Program-made: the position numbers and the translations under genes
Shown here: positions 9,240 through 19,918 of the stretch, in pieces
Layout: every line of letters starts with the position of its first letter
Numbering within the stretch: the first letter of the stretch is position 1
The notes under the pieces: model-generated
What the model was told of the DNA's origin: nothing
Databases searched by the model: none
Seen by the model: only the letters and a program-made list of their open reading frames with translations
Source: Candidatus Lustribacter sp.
GTDB taxonomy: Bacteria > Vulcanimicrobiota > Vulcanimicrobiia > Vulcanimicrobiales > Vulcanimicrobiaceae
DNA length: 64,000 bases
Reading direction: 5' to 3'
NCBI GenBank assembly: GCA_965277805.1
Contig: OZ255842.1
Location: 4,672,001-4,736,000 of the forward strand

Positions 9240-10517
9240 TTACAAATGCGACGAAAAGAGAACCGACCGCACGGCATCGTTTCCGATGGCGGCGACCTCG
9301 TCGCGCTGGAGGACCAGCGACGGCCGCGCGTCGTGCGTCTCGCGCACGCGTCCGGCCCGCCCGCCGCCGGTGACGTTGAGGAGTATGCGACGGTCGCGTT
9401 CGACCGATCCGTCGGCGACCGCCCGGATTAGCGCAGCCGTCGCGATGCCGGCTTCGGGGTCGATATCGATCCCCTCGGACTCGGCAAAGAGCATCATCGC
9501 GTCGACCATTTCGTTATTCTCGATCGCGAAGACCGTGCCGCTGCTCTCGCCCAGCGCTTCGCGCACGCCGCCCGCGATCGCGTAGGGCGGGGTTTGGTTA
9601 GAGAGCACTTGAGCCCCGATTTGCGCGATTTGGCGGCGGGCATCGGCCACCGAGCGCTCGATCAGTACGGGTGCGTTGGCGCTCCAAGCATCGAAAAGCG
9701 GCGTGAAGGGCGCATTTTGCGCGAGCATCAGTTGCGGGACGTGGCGGCCGAAACGGCCGTCACCGATCAGACGGAGCGCGGCTTCGCGCACGCCGAGCGC
9801 GCCGGCAGCGCTGCCGACTGCCTGAAAATAGTAGTCCGGGATCGCACCAATTGCATCGGCGGCAGCCAACATCACGATGCCGAGACCGTCGCGCCGGGCA
9901 ACGTTGCGCACCCCGCCCTCGAGGATGAACTCCTCATCGGCGGCGAGCTGGCGCGAGAAAGCGATCGCGTCCTCGTACTCGGCGCCCTCGATTGCCACGA
10001 CCTTGACGGTCGGGCCGATCCGGGCGATGGCCGCGACGCGGTCGAAGGCGTTTGCGGGAACGATCACGACCAGCGGCACGTCGTTGACCGTGCACGCATC
10101 GGCGAAGGCCGCCGCGGTGTTGCCGGCCGAGGCGACGACGAGGGTGCGACTTTCGTCGGGGCCGATGCGGGCGAGCACCGCGTAGGCCTCGAGTTCCTTA
10201 AAGGTCGCGGTCCGCAGGGCGGCGCCGCGTTCCGGCCACCAGCCGTTGAAGCCGATCCAGAGCTGGTCGAGCCCGAGCCGTTTGGCGAGGCCGGTGCTGT
10301 GATAGACGGCGGTTTGTGCGGCGGTTGCGATCTCCCGGCCGCGCGGCAGCCACGAAGAGTAGCGCCGGATCGAGGGCTCGGGGGTGACGACGAAGGCTTT
10401 CTCGTCGTATTCGGTGCGAAGAAGTGCGGACGCGTGGTCGTTGGGGCAGTCTAAACGAACGCCGTCGTCTGGGAACGTTCCGCCGCACCCCGTGCAGCGC
10501 AGCCGGTACTCGCGCAT
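9240..10517 (-). CDS. cysteate synthase-like PLP enzyme (threonine synthase fold)
   Basis: N-terminal CxxC, W.GFNGWWPE, T.TFKELEA, VASAGNTA.AF, EGGVRNVARRDGLG, YYFQAVGS, all typical of the MA3297-type cysteate synthase subfamily. Start taken at ATG 10517. Confidence 0.8.
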   Translation of the reverse strand: MREYRLRCTGCGGTFPDDGVRLDCPNDHASALLRTEYDEKAFVVTPEPSIRRYSSWLPRGREIATAAQTAVYHSTGLAKRLGLDQLWIGFNGWWPERGAALRTATFKELEAYAVLARIGPDESRTLVVASAGNTAAAFADACTVNDVPLVVIVPANAFDRVAAIARIGPTVKVVAIEGAEYEDAIAFSRQLAADEEFILEGGVRNVARRDGLGIVMLAAADAIGAIPDYYFQAVGSAAGALGVREAALRLIGDGRFGRHVPQLMLAQNAPFTPLFDAWSANAPVLIERSVADARRQIAQIGAQVLSNQTPPYAIAGGVREALGESSGTVFAIENNEMVDAMMLFAESEGIDIDPEAGIATAALIRAVADGSVERDRRILLNVTGGGRAGRVRETHDARPSLVLQRDEVAAIGNDAVRSVLFSSHL

Positions 10518-10644
10518 GTATAAGAAGTATCGGCCGCGGGGCGACGCGGCGTTAGGCAACCCGGTCACTCTATGCCGGGCGCTCCCTCGGGACGCCCTCC
10601 GGCTAGTCGTGATTGCCAAACTGGAACGTTGGGCAACCGAAGGC

Positions 10645-12723
10645 ATGGCCAAGAAAGCACGTAGCGCCGCGTCACGCGATGCGCTCACCGAATTTCGCGT
10701 TGATGCGACCGGCACGACCCTCACCACCACCGTCGGCGTGCCGATCGCCGACGACCAAAACTCACTGCGTGCGGGCGAACGCGGCCCGAGCCTGCTCGAA
10801 GACTTCGCGCTGATCGAGAAGATTCAGCACTTCGATCACGAGCGTATCCCCGAACGGGTGGTCCACGCCCGCGGCTCCGGCGCTCACGGCTACTTTCAGG
10901 TTTACCAATCGATGGCGAACGTCACGCAAGCGGCGTTTCTGTCGGACCCGTCGGTGAAGACGCCGGTGTTCGTGCGCTTCTCCACGGTGGGCGGATCGCG
11001 TGGTTCGGCCGATACGGCGCGCGACGTGCGCGGCTTCGCGACGAAGTTCTACACCAGCGAAGGCAACTACGATCTCGTCGGCAACAACATGCCCGTCTTT
11101 TTCATCCAAGACGCGATCAAGTTTCCGGATTTCGTGCACGCCGTCAAACCCGAACCGCACCACGAGATGCCGCAAGCCTCGTCGGCCCACGACACGTTCT
11201 ACGATTTTTGCGGCTTGACGCCGGAGTCGGCACACATGGTGATGTGGCTGATGTCCGACCGTGCCATCCCGCGTTCGTACCGGATGATGGAAGGTTTCGG
11301 CGTACACACCTACCGGTTGATCAACGCCAAAGGCAAGTCGACGTACGTGAAGTTCCACTGGAAGCCGGTGCTCGGCATGCACTCGCTGGTGTGGGATGAG
11401 GCCCAGAAGATCGCCGGTAAGGATTCGGATTTCCACCGTCGCGATCTGTGGGAAGCGATCGATAGCGGCGCGTTCCCCGAATGGGAACTCGGCGTGCAGC
11501 TCTTCGACGACCGTCAGGCCGACAAATTTGCGTTCGACATCCTCGATCCGACGAAACTCGTGCCGGAAGAACTCGTGCCGGTGCAGCGCATCGGCAAGAT
11601 GACGCTCGATCGCAATCCCGACTCGTTCTTCGCCGAAACGGAGCAGGTCGCGTTTTGCACGAGCCATGTGGTGCCGGGCATCGACTTCACCAACGATCCG
11701 CTGTTGCAAGGCCGCAACTTCTCGTATCAGGACACGCAGCTCACGCGCCTCGGCGGCCCGAACTTCAACCAGATCCCGATCAATCGGCCGCAGTGCCCGT
11801 TTCACAACAACCAGCGCGACGGCTTGCACCAGATGCAGATCAACACCGGAGTGGCGTCGTACGAGCCGAACTCGCTGGGCGACAACTTTCCCAAAGAGAC
11901 GCGCGCCGGATTCACGTCGTTCCTCGAACCCATCGCAGGCGACAAGCGGCGCGTGCGGGCGGAGTCGTTCAAGGATCACTTCTCGCAAGCACGTCTCTTT
12001 TGGAACAGCCAATCCGAGATCGAGAAAGAGCACATCATCGGCGCCTTCTCGTTCGAACTCGCTAAGGTCGAATCGCCGGCAATCCGCGAGCGTTACGTCT
12101 CCCAGATCCTCGCGAACATCGACGGGCGCTTGACGGCAGCCGTTGCGGCCGCGCTCGGCATGCGCGCGCCGGCGGCGCAAAACGGCGCTGCCGCCAAACC
12201 GCGCAAAGGGATCGATATTTCGCCCGCGCTCAGCATGATCGGCACGCAGCCGGCCGATTCGATCGCGACGCGTAAGGTCGCGATCCTCGTGGCCGACGGT
12301 GTCGACGGCGCAGCGGTCGCTGCGATGCAGGCGGCGCTTACGCGTGCCGGCGCGGTCGTCCACGTGCTCGGGCCGCACCTCGGCGCGCTCAAAGCCGCCG
12401 GCGGCAGCGTGATCGTGGATCACACGCTCGTAACGATGCCGTCGGTCGTGTACGACGCCGTCTTCGTGCCCGGTGGAAAAGCGAGCGTCGCGGTGCTGCA
12501 AGCCGACGGCGACGCCGTGCATTTCGTCAGCGAGGCGTTCAAGCACGCGAAGGCGATCGCCGCCGCGAGCGACGGTGCCGACCTGTTGCGCACCGCCGGG
12601 ATCTCCGCCGAAGCGGTGGGCGTCGTGACCGGCAGCGGGCCGGCCTTGGCACGGAACTTCATCGCGGCGATCGCGCAGCACCGCGCCTGGGATCGCACGG
12701 GCCTGATGGCGGTGCCTGCCTAA
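10645..12723 (+). CDS. katE: large-subunit catalase HPII with C-terminal DJ-1/GAT domain
   Basis: [40 protein letters not shown]. Start taken at ATG 10645. Confidence 0.96.
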   Translation: MAKKARSAASRDALTEFRVDATGTTLTTTVGVPIADDQNSLRAGERGPSLLEDFALIEKIQHFDHERIPERVVHARGSGAHGYFQVYQSMANVTQAAFLSDPSVKTPVFVRFSTVGGSRGSADTARDVRGFATKFYTSEGNYDLVGNNMPVFFIQDAIKFPDFVHAVKPEPHHEMPQASSAHDTFYDFCGLTPESAHMVMWLMSDRAIPRSYRMMEGFGVHTYRLINAKGKSTYVKFHWKPVLGMHSLVWDEAQKIAGKDSDFHRRDLWEAIDSGAFPEWELGVQLFDDRQADKFAFDILDPTKLVPEELVPVQRIGKMTLDRNPDSFFAETEQVAFCTSHVVPGIDFTNDPLLQGRNFSYQDTQLTRLGGPNFNQIPINRPQCPFHNNQRDGLHQMQINTGVASYEPNSLGDNFPKETRAGFTSFLEPIAGDKRRVRAESFKDHFSQARLFWNSQSEIEKEHIIGAFSFELAKVESPAIRERYVSQILANIDGRLTAAVAAALGMRAPAAQNGAAAKPRKGIDISPALSMIGTQPADSIATRKVAILVADGVDGAAVAAMQAALTRAGAVVHVLGPHLGALKAAGGSVIVDHTLVTMPSVVYDAVFVPGGKASVAVLQADGDAVHFVSEAFKHAKAIAAASDGADLLRTAGISAEAVGVVTGSGPALARNFIAAIAQHRAWDRTGLMAVPA

Positions 12724-12732
12724 TATCACCGC

Positions 12733-13575
12733 ATGAAGACGATCGGGGCGTTGCAGGAGCGGCTGGAAACCGACGGCTTCGCGGTGATCGAGGGTTTCAA
12801 GTCCGCGGCTGCGATCGCGGACTTGCGTGCGCGGGCCGGTGAGATCGTCGATCTCTTCGATCCGAGCGTAGCCAGCGGCGTCTTCTCTGCCGCCGATGAG
12901 AAGGAGCGAGCCGACGAGTACTTCCTCGGCTCGGGCTCGACCGTGCGCTGCTTCTTCGAAGCGGAAGCCTTCGGCGCGAACGGCGAGTTGCGCCAGCCGA
13001 AAGCGCTCTCGATCAATAAGATCGGGCACGCGATGCACGATCTGGATCCCGTGTTCGAGCGTTTTTCTCGCGGCCCGGAGCTCGACGCGCTCGTGCGCGA
13101 TGCCGGCATCGCCGAGCCGCACGTCTACCAGTCGATGTACATCTTCAAGCAACCGCACATCGGCGGCGAGGTTCGCTGGCACCAGGACGCCACGTACTTC
13201 TCGACCGAGCCGCAGAGCGTCGTCACGCTGTGGTTTGCGCTCGAGCGCGCCGATCGCAACAACGGCTGCCTGTGGGTGCAGCGCGGCGGCCAGCGCACGC
13301 CGTTGCGCGAACGCTTCGTGGTGGAGAACCGCGTCGGCAAGCTCGTGAAGCTCGATACGACGCCGTGGCCGTCGGATGCCGAAGCCGAACCGTTGGAGGT
13401 CGAAGCGGGCACGCTCGTGGTCTTTCACGGACGGCTGCCCCATTACAGCGCGCCCAATCGCTCGGCGATTTCGCGGCACGCATACACATTGCACGTGGTC
13501 GACGGGCGTGCGGCATATGCGCCGGAAAATTGGTTGCAGCGCGATGCGGCGTTGCCGGTGCGCGGCTTCGTCTAA
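12733..13575 (+). CDS. phytanoyl-CoA dioxygenase family (PHYHD1-like) 2OG-Fe(II) oxygenase
   Basis: INKIGHAMHD, QSMYIFKQP.IGGEV.WHQD, H.S..N.S...R.AYTLH. Confidence 0.9.
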   Translation: MKTIGALQERLETDGFAVIEGFKSAAAIADLRARAGEIVDLFDPSVASGVFSAADEKERADEYFLGSGSTVRCFFEAEAFGANGELRQPKALSINKIGHAMHDLDPVFERFSRGPELDALVRDAGIAEPHVYQSMYIFKQPHIGGEVRWHQDATYFSTEPQSVVTLWFALERADRNNGCLWVQRGGQRTPLRERFVVENRVGKLVKLDTTPWPSDAEAEPLEVEAGTLVVFHGRLPHYSAPNRSAISRHAYTLHVVDGRAAYAPENWLQRDAALPVRGFV

Positions 13576-13700
13576 CGGCGCGGTTTGATTCGGACTTTTA
13601 CAACAAATGTAGAGTGACGCGGCAAGCGCCTTTCTTTATCATTCGATAACACTCGGCGCGGACCGCAAAGCCGGCGGGTTGAGTCTCTGGAGGTAAAGTC

Positions 13701-16589
13701 TTGGCTTACTCGCAACGGGTGCGCAGCGTCATTACGCTTGCGCTTAGCTTCGCATTTTCTGTCATGAGTTTCGGAGCGGCAATCGCCGCACCGAACCCGC
13801 CTGCGATCGTCGCACAAGCAACGACCGGCACGCTCTCCGGCACCGTGAGGACGCCGGCCGGCGACCCCGTTTCGGGCGCAACGGTGAGCGTTAAAGGCCC
13901 CGCACAGACGAGCGCGACGACCGGCGATGACGGCACGTTCTCGCTCAGTGTTGCTCCCGGTCTCTATCAAGTCATCGTGAACAAAGGCGGTTATCAGCCG
14001 GCGTCGCTCGACGACGTAGCCGTCGTTGCAGGGGCAACGCAACCCGTGAACATCTCCCTCGCAAGCGTCGACCTGTCGACATTGCGCACGATCGGCTCTG
14101 TGACGGCCACCGGCCGCGCCTCGCAGATTAACACCGGCGCCGCCGCGCAGACCTATACCAGCGCCGCGCAATTCGCGCAGTACGGCAGCCCGCAAATCAA
14201 CGACGTGCTACAGCGCACTCCCGACGTCGTGATCCAGAAATTGGGCACACAGGCCGACACTGCGATTGTAGTCGGCGGCCTACAGCCGTACGAGACGCAG
14301 GTGTTGATCGACGGTCACCCGGTGGCGCTCGGGCAGTACGGTGTCTGGTTCAGCCAATACCTGCCGTCATATCTCATCGGTGGGGCAGAGACGGAGTCCG
14401 GACCCGGTAATACGACGCCGTTCGCCAACATCGCGGTAGCCGGTACGGTCAACCTCACGACGCCCGCATTCACAACGAAGACAACGGCGCAAGCCAACTA
14501 CGGTTACGACCAGTATCAATCGCAATTCGGAAACGTGCTCTTAACCGGGTCGGCCGGGAATCTCCAATACGTCTTCGGCGCCGGAACGGCCGGCGACAAC
14601 GGCTATTGGTACAAAAAGTCCGCTTGTGACGTATACGTTACCGATCCCGCGACGGCGCCGAATACGCCCGGCTTTGCGGGCATCGTGCCGTTTTGCGGCG
14701 ATTTCAGCGGCTCGTTCCATTCGCGCGGCTGGCTGGGTAAGCTGCGCTACAACTTCTCATCGGCAACATCGATCGACTTCGGTTTCCTCGGCACGTACGG
14801 CGGGTTTTCGCCGCAAGGTTCGGCTTGGGGTGAAGACTACGGTCCCACGCTGGTCGAGGCTTGCATTCCGGGCACGCTGCAGTGCACGAGTCCGCAAAAT
14901 GCCAACCTGATCGGAACGACGATCCAAGGCTTCTATTGGTTCCCCGGAACCGACATTCAGAATACCCAGCAGATGTGGACCGCCCAATTCCATACCTCGC
15001 TCGGGAGCGATACGATCGTCGACCGGCCCTACCTCGGTTCGCTGCAACCGGAAATCTACGATGGTACCGGTGAGGGCTACTATCCGGCATTCTATGCGCC
15101 GAACGCGACGTACCCCGCCTGCCCGCCGGTCGGCACGCCCATCGCGGCCACGTGCTATCCCGGGCCGCAATCGCTGCCGCCCGGCACGCAGATCCCCGGA
15201 ACGCCGAACAACACGTTCTTGACCGCACCCAACCAATTCGAAGCGACGGCCTGTCCGCCGGGCACGATCAACAGCTTCAACCAGATCAATAGCCCGCAGA
15301 ACACGATCGTCACGGTAAACGGTCAGGAAGAGTGCTTCCAATATCCGTACAGTACGTACGAACAGGACAAGCTCTACGGCAACACGTTCCAGTACGTTCA
15401 TCCGTTCGGCAATAGCGAACTCACCTTTACCTACGATTTCCACGGGTCGAGCACGTTCGCATACGTCAACAATCCGAGCAACTTTGCCGTACCGTTCTCA
15501 TCCACGCGCTTCTCGACGTTTTCGTTGACGGGGTCGCTCGGCATGATCCCGCATCTGACGATCAACTTCGGTCTCTACAACACGCAGTGGACGGCGTCCG
15601 GCCAACAACCGATCTTCGACGTTGCGACCAACGCCATCACCGGCTACGGCCCGCTCGGCCGCAGCGTTTCGCGCTTTGATCCGCACTTTGCGCTCGTATT
15701 CCGGCCGGGCTCCGACACGTCGTATCGTGTTGCAGCCGGCAGCTCCGAGACGTTCCCGTTCGTCGGCGACATCAGCGGTGCCGCGATCAGTCAGCCGCCG
15801 GCGTTCTTGTTCTCGGCCGGCAGCATCTCGCAGAAGAACCCCAACCTGCAGCCCGAGTACGCCATGTCCTACAGCGCGGGCGTTGACCATCGCTTCGGCA
15901 ACGGCTCCATCGCCTCACTCGATCTGCAAGACACGCTCGTGCAGAACGTGTTCCAGCAGTCGACGGTCCTCGAAGTCGTTCCCTACCAAGGTTCGACGGG
16001 TATCCTCGGCATCTTCACGCCGATCAACGTCGCGCGTTTGAATGCCAAGACCGCGACCTTCAAGTACGCCTTCGCGCCGGCCAAGGGCCTTGGCTTCAAC
16101 ATTGCGGCGACGGCCGATAGTTCGGTCATGAGCGGCATTCCGGCGGCGGTGTTCAACGGCAACCCCGGTCTCCCGGCCAACGACGTGCAGGTCTGCGGCG
16201 GTGCCGCATTCACGCCCGGTCTCGCGACGTGTATTCCGTACTTGAAAGGCTACGGTCAAATCACGTATGCGTGGAACGGCGGTGGATTTGCGGAGATCGG
16301 CGCAGACTACGAAGGCAAGAACAACGCCTACTACCAGCCCCCGTTTACGTTCCTCGATCTCTCGGTGAGGCAGCCGCTAACCAAGTGGCTCCAGCTCCAA
16401 GTCTCGGTCCAGAACTTGTTCAACAACAACACGTTCAACTATCTGCCGGCCGCCAACGCAGGCATTCCGGCGGTCGGCGACTACACCCCCGACGGCGTAT
16501 CGATTGCGCAGGGCAGCTTCTCCACGTACCGCCTCCCGGCTCCCACGCGCACGGTACTTCTCTCGTTGCGAGCGCATTTGGGGAACTGA
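13701..16589 (+). CDS. TonB-dependent receptor with N-terminal carboxypeptidase-regulatory-like domain
   Basis: TTG start with SD GGAGGT, signal peptide, GTLSGTV..., plug VLIDG, NPNLQPE, VQNLFN, terminal beta-strand. Confidence 0.85.
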   Translation: MAYSQRVRSVITLALSFAFSVMSFGAAIAAPNPPAIVAQATTGTLSGTVRTPAGDPVSGATVSVKGPAQTSATTGDDGTFSLSVAPGLYQVIVNKGGYQPASLDDVAVVAGATQPVNISLASVDLSTLRTIGSVTATGRASQINTGAAAQTYTSAAQFAQYGSPQINDVLQRTPDVVIQKLGTQADTAIVVGGLQPYETQVLIDGHPVALGQYGVWFSQYLPSYLIGGAETESGPGNTTPFANIAVAGTVNLTTPAFTTKTTAQANYGYDQYQSQFGNVLLTGSAGNLQYVFGAGTAGDNGYWYKKSACDVYVTDPATAPNTPGFAGIVPFCGDFSGSFHSRGWLGKLRYNFSSATSIDFGFLGTYGGFSPQGSAWGEDYGPTLVEACIPGTLQCTSPQNANLIGTTIQGFYWFPGTDIQNTQQMWTAQFHTSLGSDTIVDRPYLGSLQPEIYDGTGEGYYPAFYAPNATYPACPPVGTPIAATCYPGPQSLPPGTQIPGTPNNTFLTAPNQFEATACPPGTINSFNQINSPQNTIVTVNGQEECFQYPYSTYEQDKLYGNTFQYVHPFGNSELTFTYDFHGSSTFAYVNNPSNFAVPFSSTRFSTFSLTGSLGMIPHLTINFGLYNTQWTASGQQPIFDVATNAITGYGPLGRSVSRFDPHFALVFRPGSDTSYRVAAGSSETFPFVGDISGAAISQPPAFLFSAGSISQKNPNLQPEYAMSYSAGVDHRFGNGSIASLDLQDTLVQNVFQQSTVLEVVPYQGSTGILGIFTPINVARLNAKTATFKYAFAPAKGLGFNIAATADSSVMSGIPAAVFNGNPGLPANDVQVCGGAAFTPGLATCIPYLKGYGQITYAWNGGGFAEIGADYEGKNNAYYQPPFTFLDLSVRQPLTKWLQLQVSVQNLFNNNTFNYLPAANAGIPAVGDYTPDGVSIAQGSFSTYRLPAPTRTVLLSLRAHLGN

Positions 16590-16590
16590 C

Positions 16591-17613
16591 CTGACGCCGG
16601 CCGGGTTTGTCCGGGCTCTTCCGAAGGCGGAGCTGCACCTGCACCTCGAGGGGTCGGTTGCAGCTTCGACTCTGGTGGAACTCGCGCGTAAGCACCGCAT
16701 CGACTTGCCTTTCGCGTCGAGCGACGATATCTATCGATTCGACGATCTGGCAAGCTTCTTGCGCATGTACGGAATCGTGTGCGATGCGGTGCGCACGGGG
16801 AGCGACTTTGAACGCATGACGTATGAGGCGCTCGAACGCGTCGCCGGCGCCGGTGGACGTTATGCGGAAGTGTTTTTTAGCCCGCACGCTCACGCCCACG
16901 CCACGTATCCGATGATGCTCGACGGAATCATCAGCGGAATGCACGCGGCGGCCATCGACTTCGACCTCTTCTCGCAGCTCATCCCGGCGCACAATCGTGA
17001 GCTCGGGCCCGACGCGGGCCTCGAGTTCGTGGAGATGGTCGTTGCCGACCGCCGCGACGAGATCGCCGGCATCGGTCTCGACTACATGGAGAACGATCCG
17101 CGCCCGTTCGAGCGGATGTACGATTACGCGCGCGCGGCAGGCTTGCACGTGACCGCGCATGCCGGCGAGATCGGCCCGGCGGCCTTCGTGCGCGACTCGA
17201 TCGACGTGCTGGGCTGCGAGCGGATCGACCACGGTTACCACGTGGTCGACGATGCCGGGCTGGTCGCCGCCTGCCGCACCGCGGGGACGTTTTTCACCTG
17301 TTGCCCGACGACGACATTGTACACGACCCAATGGCGCGACGCCGCCGCACCGGATCATGCGATCCGGCAAATGCTCGAGGCCGGCTTGGCGATCACGATC
17401 AACACGGACGATCCCGGGCTGATGAAAACGACGCTGGTCGAAGAATATGCCATGGTCGTGGAACGCATGGGCGCGACACACGAACAACTGAAGGCGATCT
17501 GCCTCAACGGCGTACGGGCTTCGTGGCTCGATGACGTAACCAAACGCGAGATGCTCGCGGCGTGGAGCATCGAGATCGACGCCATTTATCAGGCACAAGG
17601 TGCGACGGTATGA
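16591..17613 (+). CDS. adenosine/adenine deaminase family protein (copy 1)
   Basis: LPKAELHLHLEGS, AHAGE, ERIDHG, NTDDP. Start uncertain: CTG 16591 after SD-like GGGGA, or TTG 16504 overlapping the TBDT. Confidence 0.88.
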   Translation: MTPAGFVRALPKAELHLHLEGSVAASTLVELARKHRIDLPFASSDDIYRFDDLASFLRMYGIVCDAVRTGSDFERMTYEALERVAGAGGRYAEVFFSPHAHAHATYPMMLDGIISGMHAAAIDFDLFSQLIPAHNRELGPDAGLEFVEMVVADRRDEIAGIGLDYMENDPRPFERMYDYARAAGLHVTAHAGEIGPAAFVRDSIDVLGCERIDHGYHVVDDAGLVAACRTAGTFFTCCPTTTLYTTQWRDAAAPDHAIRQMLEAGLAITINTDDPGLMKTTLVEEYAMVVERMGATHEQLKAICLNGVRASWLDDVTKREMLAAWSIEIDAIYQAQGATV

Positions 17614-18569
17614 ACGACGACATTCCGGTCATCTCGCTCGCGGGACTGCGGTCCGGCCGGAGCGCCGACGTGGAACGCATCGGCCGCGAGATCGGCCGGG
17701 CCGCCCGGGGACTCGGGTTTTTCTCGGTCGCCGATCACGGTATCGCGCAGACGCTGGTCGACGCGGTGTTTGCCGAGTCGGCGGCGTTCTTTGCGCTGCC
17801 GGCGGCGGAGAAAGAACGGCTTTCGGTGACCAACTCGACGAGTTATCGCGGTTACGTGCGGCTCGGCGAGGAGAAGCTCGATCCCGCCCTCGCCGGCGAC
17901 ATCAAAGAATGCTTCAACGCCGGCCCCGACCTCGCGCCCGACGATCCCGACGTTCTGGCCGGCAAACCGTATCATGCGGTCAACCAGTGGCCGGATCTGC
18001 CCGCGTTCCGCGCGACGATGCTGGAGTTTCACCGGGCCGCGCTCGAACTCGTCGTGCTGCTGCATCGCGCGATCGCGACCGATCTCGGCATCGACGAGCA
18101 CTTCTTCGAGCAATACTTCACGCGTGCCGTCGGCGTGATGCGGCTCTTGCACTACCCGCCGCATCCGGGACGGTTCGACGGCAGCGCGTACGGGGCCGGC
18201 GCACACACCGACTACGGCAACCTCACGCTGCTCGCGCAAGATACCGTGGGCGGACTTGAAGTGCGCAAGCGCGACGGCAGCTGGACGGTCGTGCCGCCGG
18301 CGGCGGGAACGTTCGTGTGCAATATCGGCGACTGCTTGATGCGCTGGACGAACGACGTCTATGTCTCCAACGCGCACCGCGTCGTGAATCAGTCTGGACG
18401 CGAACGGTATTCGGTCGCGTACTTCGGCGATCCGAACTCCGACGCGCTGGTCACCTGTCTGCCGTCCGTGCTCGGTCCGGGTGACGTGCCGAAGTATCCG
18501 CCGATCACCTACGGCGAGTATTTGCGGTCGCGCTACGACGCGACGTACACGGTGGCACCTGCGCCGTGA
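17610..18569 (+). CDS. IPNS-family 2OG-Fe(II) oxygenase (copy 1)
   Basis: GFF.V.DHG, RLLHYPP, HTDYG.LTLL.QD..GGLEV, NIGD.LMRWTND, HRV, RYS. Confidence 0.92.
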   Translation: MNDDIPVISLAGLRSGRSADVERIGREIGRAARGLGFFSVADHGIAQTLVDAVFAESAAFFALPAAEKERLSVTNSTSYRGYVRLGEEKLDPALAGDIKECFNAGPDLAPDDPDVLAGKPYHAVNQWPDLPAFRATMLEFHRAALELVVLLHRAIATDLGIDEHFFEQYFTRAVGVMRLLHYPPHPGRFDGSAYGAGAHTDYGNLTLLAQDTVGGLEVRKRDGSWTVVPPAAGTFVCNIGDCLMRWTNDVYVSNAHRVVNQSGRERYSVAYFGDPNSDALVTCLPSVLGPGDVPKYPPITYGEYLRSRYDATYTVAPAP

Positions 18570-19918
18570 GCGGTTTCGTCGAAGACGTCCACGCGAGCCT
18601 GGTCGAGAACGGGGTTGCGCCCGAGCAGCAAACGATGGCGCTCGACAAGGTGTTTTGGAGCCACTTCTGCACGAATCTAGCGCCGGCGACGTGGGTGCTC
18701 GGCGCGCTGCTGGTCGGCATCGGACTCGATTTCCGCACCGGATTGCTGGCGATTCTGATCGGCAACGTGCTCGGCTGTTTGCCGGTGGGGCTGAACTCGA
18801 CGATCGGCCCGCGCACCGGGCTCACGCAAATCGAGATCTCGCGTTTCGCGTTCGGCCGGCTCGGCACGCGCGTGCCGTCGTGGTTCAACTGGTTTTGCGC
18901 CGTCGGCTGGGATGCGGTCAACAACGTGCCGTCGGTGCTGGCGCTGCTCGCGTTGGCAGCGCTCTTCGGCCTCTCGGTCCCGTTTTGGCTCGGCTTGTCG
19001 CTGCTGGTTGCCGTCCAGCTCGCCGCTAGCATGTACGGCCACCACGCGGTGCAGTTACTGGCGAAGTACCTGTGCTACGTTCTGATCGTCGTCTTCTCGA
19101 TCACCGGTGTCGTGGCGATTCTCAAAGGCGGGTCGCTCGCAACCGTGCACGCGGCGATCAAGCCCGCAACGTTCATGCTCGGCGTCTCGATGATCGCGGG
19201 GTTCACGATCGGCTTTGCGCCGTACTCTGCCGACTACACGCGCTATCTGCCGCGCACGACCAAGCCCGGAACGATCTTTCTCCTCAGCTTCGGCGGACTC
19301 GCCCTCTCGAGCACGCTGATCGAATTCGTCGGGCTGCTGACCGCGAGCCGGTTGACCGATCTGTCGGCCGCCGGCGTGATCGCCGGCATCGGTGCGATGA
19401 CCGGTCCGTTCGCGCCGGTAGCGCTGATTGCGATCGCCGCGTCCGCGATCTCGATCAATTCGATCAACGACAACACCGCCGCGTACAGCCTGATCTCCAC
19501 CGGTATCCGGATCCGGCGCGATGTTGCGGCCGTCATCACGACCGCGTGCGGCTTCGCGCTGGCCGTTGCCGGCGCGGGAAAATTCGCCGAGCTGTTCTCG
19601 AACTATCTGCTCTTGCTGCTGTATTGGATCGCACCGTGGGCCGGCATCGTGCTGACCGACTGGTGGATGTTCGGCGGTACCGAGCGTGCCCCGCGCCGCT
19701 GGGGTTCCGGTGCCACGATCTTCCTCATCGTTACGCCGCTCACGATCGCGCTCTTCTCGGCGACGCCGATCTACACGGGGCCGGTAGCGAAACTGCTCGG
19801 CGGGACCGACATCGGGTTCTTCGTCGGATTTTTTGCGGCGTCGTTATCCTATGCGCTCGTCGAACGCGGGCGGCGTTCCGCGCGGGCGACGTATACCGTG
19901 GCGGATCCCGCAGCGTGA
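18566..19918 (+). CDS. NCS1 purine-cytosine permease family transporter
   Basis: About 12 hydrophobic segments, GPRTGL.Q..ISR..FG, ADYTRYLP, WIAPW.GI.L.D. Confidence 0.88.
   Translation: MSGFVEDVHASLVENGVAPEQQTMALDKVFWSHFCTNLAPATWVLGALLVGIGLDFRTGLLAILIGNVLGCLPVGLNSTIGPRTGLTQIEISRFAFGRLGTRVPSWFNWFCAVGWDAVNNVPSVLALLALAALFGLSVPFWLGLSLLVAVQLAASMYGHHAVQLLAKYLCYVLIVVFSITGVVAILKGGSLATVHAAIKPATFMLGVSMIAGFTIGFAPYSADYTRYLPRTTKPGTIFLLSFGGLALSSTLIEFVGLLTASRLTDLSAAGVIAGIGAMTGPFAPVALIAIAASAISINSINDNTAAYSLISTGIRIRRDVAAVITTACGFALAVAGAGKFAELFSNYLLLLLYWIAPWAGIVLTDWWMFGGTERAPRRWGSGATIFLIVTPLTIALFSATPIYTGPVAKLLGGTDIGFFVGFFAASLSYALVERGRRSARATYTVADPAA

Noticed and set aside
10384-10730. Apparent overlap of long katE and cysteate synthase N-termini
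   Set aside because: Family-like sequence begins at ATG 10645 and ATG 10517. The extensions are spurious upstream starts.
10762-13494. 910-aa minus-strand ORF
   Set aside because: Antisense shadow of katE and the PhyH gene, with no motifs. Such shadows are expected at high GC.
13621-13685. c-di-GMP-I or xanthine (NMT1) riboswitch call
   Set aside because: Only partial string resemblance, with key loops and stems missing. Kept only as an unassigned structured leader.
19072-19914. Long N-terminal extensions on oxygenase 2 (similarly LLM 22379, SBP 58000, hpnJ 58988, NIPSNAP 59983)
   Set aside because: They overlap well-supported neighbouring genes. Internal starts fit family N-termini and stop/start coupling.
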